A DNA stretch of 60,903 nucleotides, the filler included, from Sphacelaria rigidula (taxonomy: Eukaryota), in assembly GCA_964200075.2 (NCBI GenBank). It is 7 parts of 7 records of this genome, joined end to end, with 100 filler letters (N's around TTAATTAATTAA, not from the genome) between each part and the next. Parts side by side here need not be neighbours in the genome. Positions count along the whole stretch, not along the records: positions 8,717 to 17,332 come from CAXNAA020010596.1; positions 17,433 to 26,047 come from CAXNAA020010597.1; 5 more parts are not named here. One strand, given 5' to 3'. Of the stretch, positions 11,940 to 22,900 are shown piece after piece. Each line of letters starts with the position of its first letter. The first letter of the stretch is position 1. Made by a program: the position numbers and the translations under genes. The notes under the pieces are model-generated. The model was not told the DNA's origin. It ran no database searches and saw nothing but the letters and a program-made list of their open reading frames with translations.

Positions 11940-12340
11940 GAAAAGTCAGACGCAACCTTCCGAGCAGTGGGCGAATGCTGTCCACAGTTGGCCGTCTGTT
12001 GGTGAAACGACTTGACCCAGGATATTTACGTACGCGTGCAGTCGGGCACGGACTGCGATAAGTCGAATACCATTGATGTAAACAAACTAGAACATGATCA
12101 GGGCATATACAATTATACGAGTCATGGCTGACAAAGCTGGGAAAAAGTGACCCAGCATACTGAGAGGGCCATGACACCGTAGTTACTGCCTGGATGAACC
12201 ACCCCGGCGGTACCCAGGACCCGCAGGCTTCAGAACTTGCACGGCCGCTCGGGATCCTCGAGTTCGAGGGCGGGTGGTGCCACGGCGGACATCACATGGC
12301 GGGGATGGACGACATACTTGCCGATGATATTTCGCATGGG
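11940..12340 (+). pseudogene. DIRS1-type RNase H remnant
   Basis: SDATFRAVG; IDVNKLE; DTVVTAWMNHPGGTQDP...LGILEFEGGWCHGGHHMAGMDDILADDISH (cf. DNxxAVxWxNxxGG...HIxGxxNxxADxxSR). Confidence 0.82.
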
Positions 12341-12549
12341 CAGTGTGGTGGAATTCCATTGAAAGTCCAGATTCGTGTCGCTTGCGACATTGGTAGGGGG
12401 GCGAATATGGGTCGGAAAGGTACGCCAATCTATTCCGCGGTGTTTCGGAAATTCTCGCGCAGGTCAGAGTTGTACCATCAACTTCCGCCATGGATAGTGA
12501 GAGTTGAACTTGCGGGGACAACGTTGGGGGGCCGGAACCGGCATGTGCA

Positions 12550-13240
12550 TACACTCGGGACCAAGACCAGGTGGCCACTGAGCTGGCACATGTTGCACCA
12601 CATCTGTATATCTCGAGGCGGAATAGGATTCAACCACAACCAAGCACTTGACGGGATTCACTGCTTTCACAAACGAGTCGAGATTGGGATGCCTTGAACG
12701 CATTACTACGTGGTAGCAGTCAAGACCAGCACGGGCAAGGACAAGGCCCTCCACGAAGTGGGGGCACGAGCGAGCATCCACTGACATGAGTCATGCTGCG
12801 GCAGGGGCAAACATTGGTGGCACCGTGAAGTCCAACATCATGATGTTGCTGTGCCTGGCGTCGGAAAGCTTTGCATCATACGCCAACGGTGGAATCCAGC
12901 AGGATTCGGGTTTAACTCAGGGAAACGTTGTATGGATGAAGGACGACACGTAGCTGCGGGATCAATCCGAATGACGCATAGCTAGTTGAGTCGGGATGCT
13001 TTTTAGAGGGATAATATCTCGTGACCGCATGCTGCCGTTACGGCGGACACTTGTCAGGTCCAAGGTACGCGAGGAGGGTGGTTGAAAGTCATGATTGCTT
13101 CAATGCTTGCTCGCTTGGTGACTACCGAAATCCAACCGGCTGTAATCCAACGGAGATACAAATGACGTGGTGGAGCATTCATAAGAAACGCGCGGGAAAT
13201 TTGAAAGAATTTGGGAATTGTAGTTGGAACAAGGTTTTCG
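12550..13240 (+). pseudogene. Tyrosine recombinase remnant
   Basis: IHCFHKRV...PLT*VML; MLLCLASESFA (cf. LLCRASE); LTQGNVVW; ARLVTTEIQPAVIQRRYK*RGGAFIRNARE (cf. IQxxGRWxSxAFxxYxR). Confidence 0.75.
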
Positions 13241-14127
13241 TGAGGTTGAGAGTAGAGGATGCGATTAAGAGCGAGAAACACTCAATTAGTGACTGAATCG
13301 TTTCAGTTCTGAAATACACCTTCATGACGCCCGATATGCTTTCTACACTAGCTTGCCACTGAGGCCCTTGATATCCCGAGTGGGATATCGACGTGTAGCT
13401 GTAAGCACACGCCTATGATGAAGGCAAAGAGAAGCGCACACGGAATGAAAAAATGGCGAAGTTGAAGCGAATGATCAAAGCAGCTCTCGATCAGCTCTCT
13501 ACTGTCAATCTCACGAAAACGTTGTTCTGGGCAATTGCATTCGAGGTGGTTCTGGGCGGCGTTCAACCCCGATAAGAGACCCAACGGGTGGGACGACGGC
13601 TATCGGCTCTCAATTTGAGGTGGTAACGAGCGGCTTGTTCCTAGGACCACAACGCTGTGGAGAAAATGCGAGATTAAGAGAGAAAAATAGGAAGGAGTGC
13701 TGATATCAAAATCGGCTTTCATTGTAGGTCAGGTGTGATTACTCTTCAATGGGGTGGTAGCTCGCCGGCTGTGACCGTTGATGGACAGCGACTGAGGTCG
13801 ACAATGCTAGCGCTAGGACGAAGAGAGATTGGTACATGGAGGACAAGCATAGATTGTCGTGAAGTTTATTTCAGGACGAAAGCACGTAACCCATGAGGTG
13901 GAAGACACCAGCTGAGATTACTTCTATTGGGTGGCTGGATTGGCTTTGGCGTGGGCTCACGTGCACGTGCGTTGGCGATTTGGTGCAGGTATGACAGGTT
14001 CACCGGAGGAGCAAAAGAAAAGTCAGGGGCAACATTTGAACTATGTTGTCTGGATTACGATTTCCCTTCTCTCGTCGTACCTTAACACACACACACACTT
14101 CGTGTATTCCACTTTGCTTTTAATCAG

Positions 14128-14238
14128 GTGTTCGGACCTACGGGCAGGTGGAGGACGCAGCTGTGCAACAGAATTATCGCAAAGGGCACGAACGTTCACG
14201 ACAAAACAGTCAGCCCCAAGATACGGCAGCTACTGCAG
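14128..14238 (+). CDS. Putative orphan internal exon, product unknown
   Basis: Pyrimidine tract and TAATCAG acceptor; CAG|GTGTGT donor; 111 bp, open in all three frames (frame 0: VFGPTGRWRTQLCNRIIAKGTNVHDKTVSPKIRQLLQ). Confidence 0.4.
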
Positions 14239-14464
14239 GTGTGTATGTGTGTGTGCGTGTGCATGTGTGTGTGCGTGCGCGTGTGTTGTGCGTCAAATCT
14301 CTCTACCTGCGTATCTTTGTGTGTACCTGTATAACTTTTGTTGCGGAAGGTCATTGAGTTCTCTTCCTTCACCTTTCCTTCGTTTCGTGTGAGCTTCGCC
14401 GCTGGGAGGCTAGTTCACCGGCGTTGGGCTACAAATGTCCATGGATGACACACTTTCACAAGTA

Positions 14465-14720
14465 TCGCTACCCCTAAACCTAACCCGAACCCCACGCATA
14501 CCGAAAACCCACGGGCAAGGGCGGTACATGCATTCCCTAGGCAAAGTGTAGCCTTGGTGGACCCTAAATCGGCGCCTGTGGCGCCGATTCAATGAAATCG
14601 CGTTCTGCGCACGCCAGGAGCACACAGGACTGTCAGCCCTACTAAACATCCGATTCCTGTTGTACACACTCAGATCAAGTAATATCAACCATGTGCATTT
14701 GTAGCCCAATGCCGGCAAAT
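14465..14720. repeat. Dispersed repeat with telomere-like start and internal hairpin, copy 1
   Basis: CCCTAAACCTAACCC...GCATACCGA...TTCCCTAGGCAAAGTGT shared with 33400-33690; perfect 10-bp stem at 14567-14589. Confidence 0.65.
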
Positions 14721-17313
14721 TCTACTGGTCTGTGGCGGCGGATTGCGGTATACTGGTGTAGAGGAAGTGGCGCTCCTTTCATCACGTTTTCTTTTCTGAC
14801 ATCGCTTATTTTCGACCCCGAAAGTCGGGTGTCATATATTCATCTCTCTCTCCTTTTCAGACAGTGACACCGGTGGCGCGCCTGTTTTGACGAACCACCT
14901 TGCATCCATCTTGTCTGCATCCCTTCTACAGGGGCCGACCATTTCTGTGGTTCATTATTCTTCTCAATATCATCTTCATCGGGACCGGTTTTACTTGTCA
15001 TTGTCGGTTCGTTTCGTTTCGTTTCGTTTCGTTTCCATTTCTTTTCCTTATCGTGCCTCCCCGTTCCCTTCCCGTCTGACTTGTGTCTCTTCTTGTTCTT
15101 ATTCAGTTTTGTCCGTCTGTTCTATACTCGTATATCTCTGCCCACTCGAAGTTTCTCCAGCGAGACATGGAAATCAGCTTACCTCGCGTACGCCTACCTT
15201 GTGACCATGGTTTCAACCTCGAGGAAAGTCAATGACTATGGGACTGTCTCAGTCAGCTAAACGACCAGTAATGGGACATACTATTCCTACTGTCGTGCGC
15301 GTAAAACACGAAGAGAAAACAAGCAGGATGTTTAATAGTGTGACAGCCGAACCACGCGCTGGGGTGGACGGTTTCTCCCCAGAAGATTCGCAGTTTTGTG
15401 TCCGATGTGGTAGGTCACGTGGCCTTTCCCCCACATGTTTGTCCGTCCATCTAGTGTTCCTCTCAATTGTCCCCTTGTTTGCATGTGTGCTTTTTTTTTC
15501 CCTCCCGTGCGGTTCTTTTGAAATGAAAGCACTGGGCGTACCAGCTCACCGATGCCGATCTTCAAGCGCACGCCAAGAAGACCAAGGGGCGGAAGTGAAG
15601 AACGACCAGTATTCTACGCGATTTCGCGACTATTCTACGACGTAGAATCATCGACAGCTCGGATTCAAGCTGTTGAGAAATGTCTAATTCGTGTCTTTCA
15701 TTTCCACCTGCAGCATGTAGTTAGCGTCCTGATTACGGTGTACAGCTCCTCCCCTGCGGAACGAGTGTACTTTACTGTGTAGCTCTGAGCATGAAGATGC
15801 TCGCTGTGAGTCACTAGTTTCGTGACTGTTGGTCACACTTTGTGTGTGTTGTTAGCAGTTTGATTATTGAGCGCACACGTCTTTCGTTGCAAGTTATATG
15901 CGGCATGCATTACACCAACGAAACGGTTCGGTACGGTACGGGATTGTTGTTTTTTGTTTGTGTGTTGAAGTCAACGCATGAACGCATGGGTAGCAGGTGC
16001 CTTTTGCTGTCGCCCCCAGGTGGTGAGTGGCGTATGTTCTGCCGTTACCCCTCAGCAAATTGTAAGCTAAAAACTTACCTCAAACGTGTTGTACCGTCAT
16101 TGACTCCGCCTTTCATTTGTTTTTGATATGAGGCTGGTTTCACCGAACGGGCAAAATGGTTAGAGATCGGGGCGAGGGCATGCTCGGGGGGGTTGGGAGG
16201 AGGGTACCGTGGGCAACGATTCAGCAATGCCTGTGAGTTCCTCATTTGTCATTAGGTTATTCTGGCAGTAAAAGACCCCCCCCGGTAAGTATCTGGTTTT
16301 TGCTTCTTTCTGAAAAACCTCACATCTGGCCTTACATGCCTGCCCTCACGAGAAGTTACTTGACTACAGATCTATCCTCAGCGACTCTTAACTGGGCATC
16401 ACGGGGCGAGAATTCGAACTAAGTGTTCGTGCTTCATGGTGCGATCTTTGACCAATCAGATGCGAGAAACTCGATCACGCAGATGACAACAATTAAAAAA
16501 TCACCAGAGTTCAAGCACCGGAAGTTTCCATGAGATGACACGCCACGAAAATGCCTTGAAGTCAACCGCCGGGAATGCCCCCATCTTGAAACCCTATTCA
16601 CAGACCAACGTTGGAATCGTACACGACGGTGCTGCCCACGGAGATGAGTCAGCTGCCGGCGAACGGAATCTACGATGAAATCGCGCCTGCCCCGACCAAA
16701 CGACCCATTCGCACAATACAAAACTCGAAGAAAATATTTTCCGAAGCCATAAAGTTCAGCTGTACTGATATCGCCTTTGTAGCTTCCGTTAAGAACAAGA
16801 CTGCCTTTCCGTTCTCTATTCAACCCCTGTTCGTGGAACGAACTTGGTTTCTACAACGCGCTGCTCTGAGAGCTCGATAAACACTTGCACGGGTTTTAGT
16901 GCTGTAGACTGAAATCAACTCGATAAGCGTTTGTTCGCTGCAAGATCTTGGTTTCTGTGTTTTGACCATTTTGAAGTATATGGGCTGTAGACAGCTTTTT
17001 TTGGGGTACATGGCCTCACTATCAGGATGTCGCTCGAGGAATTCCCGTTCAAGTTCAGGACTCGAAAAAAGATGCTTCATACAAAGTGAATTGCTGCACA
17101 AGCATCTGCGAAGCATCCCCGAGATCCGAGCTAACACCTACGAAAACTTTCACCAGATTCCCAAACCCGCCACGGACAGTGTCGTGGTACATACCAAACA
17201 CAGCACCAAGCAACCAGGGTAGAACCAAGCGATACGCCAGGAATTGATTGAAGTCAGATACATGTTGAGACCGGTTTGACGGCGTTTAGTGTAGGTCTAT
17301 GAAGTGATGACAT

Positions 17314-17332
17314 ACTTCCTCTGTCCCATAAG
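17314..17332. mobile_element. Left TIR of a Stowaway-like MITE, cut by the contig end
   Basis: TA|CTTCCTCTGTCCCATAAG is identical to the start at 51134. Confidence 0.7.
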
Positions 17333-17432
17333 NNNNNNNNNNNNNNNNNNNNNNNNNNNNNNNNNNNNNNNNNNNNTTAATTAATTAANNNNNNNNNNNN
17401 NNNNNNNNNNNNNNNNNNNNNNNNNNNNNNNN
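17333..17432. other. Artificial contig spacer
   Basis: N44-TTAATTAATTAA-N44. Confidence 0.99.
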
Positions 17433-19940
17433 TATGACAAGATTGTAAGCAGGGCAGACGGATGTTGGGGCAGCTGCCCTACCCCACTGTCCCACTCGGA
17501 AACCCCGACAACAGTCTTCAGGCCTAATTGGATATAAGGAAGAGCTTTGCTCATCAGCTACCCACCGATCTCCTGTCTTCAGTGTCGCGAGTCCACAGCC
17601 TTATCGACGTGAGTCTCAGCTGTGCTGTACTATCACCCTCCATTACTATTGTACTTGTTTGCTGGCTGTGGGGCTGTTCCAACTTAGACAGCTGGCTATT
17701 GTATTGTATTGAGAGAGAACATTCAGCTTTGAGTCACGAGCCGAAAACAGGATCAGCAAGCCACATACTCTCCCACCTTGGGTAGTGTGGCCTTGCTTTG
17801 CTAGCGATTACGTCGCACTACGGCATGTATCAGGTCCCAAAAGATATCGGCAGGTGAACAAATGGAACCATAGCTCAAAGACTTGGCGCGGATACAAAAA
17901 CTCTAATTCACCTGATTTTTTATCCCCAATAGTAGATCCAGATCGAATCATGAGGCACCTGTGTAACTTTCTGACCCCCCCAACAACGGGGAACACTGTG
18001 CGAATTGCGCTCTTTTTTTTTTTGGGGGGGGGGTGGTATCGCGGCGGCCTAATAGCCGTCGGTTTGCCATGCGGGGATTTTGAAGAAGGGCATTTTTCCC
18101 TTCGTCGACCCTCCAGCGGCGAGGGCAGGTCATCTCTTGAATCGGCAATTGTCTCTCACTTGAAAGAAACGACGCATGATCCAGGCGGACTACCGTAGAG
18201 GTCTAAGGGTCAAGAAGGAGGGCCCGAACCCCCTTCGTCAATAAGGGCCATGATTGTGATAAGTTCCTCCCCCCCGAGTCGATCTCGAACCACACACGCG
18301 AAAGCTATCCGTCATGCACGCTTACGATTGAGAGTCCCACACAAACTGCACCGCTTTTCGGCGCAAGCCCATACACACCATCCCGTACACGATACTTCCT
18401 GAAAGACCTCAATCTTTCAACAGCACCAAGCACACACACCTAAGTACACACAACTTCCTTATCTTGCCGCAACATGAGTAAGGAGACTGGAAATACTGAA
18501 GTGGTCTGCATATCGAACACGAGAAAGGCGGTTGGAACGCTGCAGTGGCCTGCATATGTCATGAATTATATGTTCGTTCATGGTCACACCCGCGCGTATA
18601 CCTTTGGCGACGGGCACAAACCCCATGTAGACGTCGGCATCCGCACAGAAAATATCGCTAAAACCAATCGGGGTCCATCGAACACACCGAGTTCATCGGG
18701 TCATGGACTCATAGAAGCGTTGTAAACATCAGACCTTCCATTTCGGTCGAAACCCATATTACTTCATCATTCGACTGGAATACAAAAGAAACCCATACCC
18801 TCAACAACGGGCCAGTTTCACGAATCGACGTTTGACCTCCGGAACAAGTGAAATATCGCGTATGTCAATACGTTGTACCGAGAGTGCCACCATTGAACTT
18901 TACATTCATACAACAACTGATCACACCATGCACGGACGGGTACACTTCGAACAATCATCGAAGAAGACCCGGCAATTTTGTCATACAGAATCACCAAGGA
19001 TGGCCGGTTTCAGGAACCGACGACATACGATGTCAACAATTATATCGCGTGATTGATTCCGTGCTCGCGTGAAGGGCCCGCAAATATACCATCTCGATGC
19101 AGCTTCTGAGGTGATACAAATTGCCTGTATCGCCCATAAGAGGCACGCCCCACCGCGTATCGTCGGACCCACTAAGTTCAATGGCCATCACCCGTTTTAT
19201 TTCGGCGGGTTTTCGGAACCGACCACGATGGGACCATGGCGAGGTCAGGGAAGGTTTATAGATAAGAAGACGATGTAGACAGGGAGTAGTAGCACGGCTG
19301 TCACTTCGGCATTTCCATTTCCAGTCCAAGATATGTTCGAAACAATCGCAGGAAAGATCATATAACATGACGCTACCATCGGCCTCGCCAAATGGATAAT
19401 CCTATTAACGTAAATCCACACCCAGCAACTAAGAACAAGACGAACATAAAGCCTGATTCGAATTCACATTCAACAATCGCATGTTATTTGAATGGTGTGG
19501 TCATTGACGAATTTACTCCACATAAGCTGATTCACGAAACCGACCGCGAGACGAACATAATGAATACAGAAGGAATGACATTCCTCTTCTACATGAACAT
19601 ATCGAGCGCAAGGACAACAGGAGACACAGGCTGTTGAGTCGCTCGGTATCAGAGTGTGGTCGGCATGCTGAACTTGTACATATCACGAGGAGGAACGCGG
19701 GCGAGGGTGGTGGCGGGCAACCCGATCGTCGTATTCGATGCCCACATATGTGGTACTCATGCGAGATGCCGTTCATTGAACGTGCTTCCCGATGAGTGGT
19801 TCAGTGTCCGGTAGAGGTATATCCCCCCTCACCTCACCCCCCTCACCAACAATATTGATGCTGCCATTTAACATATTTCGACGGTACTCAATCCAGTAGA
19901 AATTCCTCGGTATTGTTGCAATCCCCCATCCTCCATCCAG

Positions 19941-22900
19941 TACGGAGCCCGTGTCGACGGGTGCACAAGGACGGAGACGTGCTAGGCCCGATGCTAATCA
20001 GTAGAGGATATTGGAGGCAATCGACGATGCCGTCCAGACTTTGCGTGAAAGAAGCAATGATGATGACGTACGACACGCTGATCTCCGTCATGCGGTGATT
20101 CAAAAACTCATTGGCCACAAGTATTTCCAACCGTTCCACCGCGATGGTGTACTCCACGAGCATGGGCCACCAAATGGAGATCACCTGGCGATGGTAGAGG
20201 CCTTGAAGGAGATAAATGAGTGGCTGTGTACTCCTGCCATTGTTGCCTCGACTGCAGGTTCGCATGCTCGTCGAGTACTCATCGCAGCATTGTCGGGGAG
20301 TCGGGTACCATACAGAGCCCTCACAGAAGCCATCGGGCCACTGCAGAGGAGTTACTTCGCCGAATGTTCGACGAGAAGAAAACGCGCGTTGACTACTGGA
20401 GACGCCGTTGAACTGTGAGTGCAGTTACGATAGATGGTTATCAGCGCCCAAAGTCCATGACGACACAGTGACGAGTATGAGTCCTAATGGCGATATGATG
20501 AGAACGTGTTCCGGCCGAGTGCGGGATGTACACGACGGGCAGTACAGAAATAGGCTGCCCTTCAAGACGATCCGGGCGACACAGTTTACATTCCCGTTAT
20601 CGATATTGCTCTCTTTCGGACAATCCCTTGGTATGTGACAGAACGGGGAAACGGCCGCGATGTAGTGACTGTTTCGACCTCCGGAATCCAAATGCAGTGG
20701 CGATTATAGCCGATGTGATCGATGACAACACGCAACCATCTCCCTGCGACACTAGGATAAATCACGACTTCAGCCCAGGACTGCATCGACGCTCCCCTGT
20801 AGATCGGTCCCTACAATGTCTCCACCCCGAAAGATGTCCAAGACAAGGCGTGCGCTTCCTGCTCGGTTCAGAGACGCAACTACACGAGACCGTGTGCAAG
20901 TCCCTGCAAGATGCGGTAAGCTCGTCGCTCCACCACAGACCGCAACATACAACAGGTTGTCATATACAGAACGTGCTACAGCATGGTCGGCGATAAGACT
21001 AGTTGTTGTTCAGCGAAAAGTGTTTATCCTACTAGTTGTCGACACCTCACTCGTCAACGGAGAGAGGACATACCGTGGCCCCTCGACCCGAAAGTCCTCG
21101 CACTGGATGATGCTGTCACAGGTGGCACCCGGCCTGCGATCACATGATAGCCAATCCCCCAATGGAGGGAGTGTTTCGCCGTCTTTTGTCAACTCTACTG
21201 CACTCGACCCCAACTGATGTGACTTCTTGCCCCCGCTCCGCTGCGTCCGCGCCACAATCCCACAGTTCCGAGAGGGGAAAAAGGAGACCGATCGCATATC
21301 AAGATCTACCTTCACCAACTTCATGTCATTCAATGCTGTGAAGCAGACAGCGCGATGCTGCCTATGTCCGCATTGCTACAAAGGTAAGCTGATCATGAAG
21401 TCGCTGGTGCGGCTGTGGCCGCGACTTCATCACGGCGACACCCCCGGATCGCCATGCACGTGCCGGTGTGACCTCTGCGCCAACGGCGAATGCAAACATT
21501 TCCTACCGACCATGAGCGTGAAAGACGTCCACAGCATGGGAGACTTCTGCGACAAGCTCCTCTGTGACAAGGTGCTGCTATACCGAAAAGAAGGAGGGAA
21601 CGAGGTCGCAGCACACCTGAACACATGCGTGATGGGCGATTGCCGGAATCGCGACCTACGACAGCGGCGCTTCTTCGATTGCCCCCGCCATCGACAGTCA
21701 CCCCACGACGTGGAGGACATACCAGAGATTGTTCAAGGACTAGAAATTAAATGGGAGGCGTTCGTCACGATCGATGACAAGGGGCATGAGGTTCTGCGAC
21801 CGCAGGGGCAGGGGGGGCATCGTCGAGCAGACGACGACAACGACGACGGTGACTCCTGGGAGCCTCCAGGAACGGGGACGCAATCACGTTCTAGAAAGGT
21901 GTGTCGGAATTTTGTTCTGCTATAACCGACGAAACACGACCATGTCCCGAGTGTACCGTGGCTACACACCCGCTGCGACGGAACAATCGTAGCTCATCAC
22001 AAGCGATCAGTTTGAAAATCGCCGCACGACAGTGCTTGAGACGTTCACCTGACAAGGGAAACAAAGATGGACAGCCTCCCAAATTAAGCCAACCCTCAGC
22101 GCCTTGATGCCGGACAAGAATGACCCGCAATAACGTCATTAAACACACATCAGAATCTGATCATCACAAGCCTAAGTTTGCCAATAATTCTGGTCGGTTC
22201 CACCACGTACATGATTACCCCCTCATCCTCTCTCGCGTCGTTCACACTCAAAATTTTAGTATGCGAACGCAGCATATACTCCGACGCATAAGCGCCACGT
22301 AAACCGTGTTTGATGGAGATTACCCGCCCTCTACTCACCCCATACATATCCGCACGCACAGTTCACCCCCCCTCAGCTCCGTTTCAGCAACCGGAGCTGA
22401 AGCCTGCTGTCGTGACGGCTCAACATTTCCGGTCTTTGGACGATGAACACGTATAGGCGTAGGTCCAACTCTTCCTCACTGACTTCTTTACAACGAAGAT
22501 CACTCCGCATACAGTCCACTGATCATCAAGACGAACACACTAACACTCCTTACAGGCTCATCTATATCCCATACCCTTCACCTCCGAACTTCCCGCGGTC
22601 GAATCAGGCGGTGGTGTGGAGGACTGCTTCCGCGGCTGAATTCTTTGCGGACGTCAGATCTATTGCACTACGCCTATTCCCTCATCGGCCACAGAAACAG
22701 GTCCAGCGCGCGGCCCTCAATGAGTTGATCGCCATTCTCGATGATGGACATGTGATCATGGTAGCAGACTTCCAAGAGCGCTACACGCATGACGAGCAGG
22801 ATGAGGTGCAATCCCAGCATTGGAATCGCGACTCTACTACGCTGTTTCCTGTTCCAGTTTTTTTTTTAACTCAACGGCAACGTTTGGGTATACTCGTTCG

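Larger units (their letters stand above)
9430..13240 (+). mobile_element. Heavily degenerate DIRS/Ngaro-type tyrosine-recombinase retrotransposon (boundaries approximate)
   Basis: Colinear RT, RNase H and YR remnants on the + strand; possible gag remnant at 9430-10040. Confidence 0.82.

Noticed and set aside
12788..12808. GAGTCATGCTGCGGCAGGGG resembling the GAG MITE TIR
   Set aside because: Lies within a continuous YR reading (PLT*VMLRQGQ) with no partner end; likely coincidence
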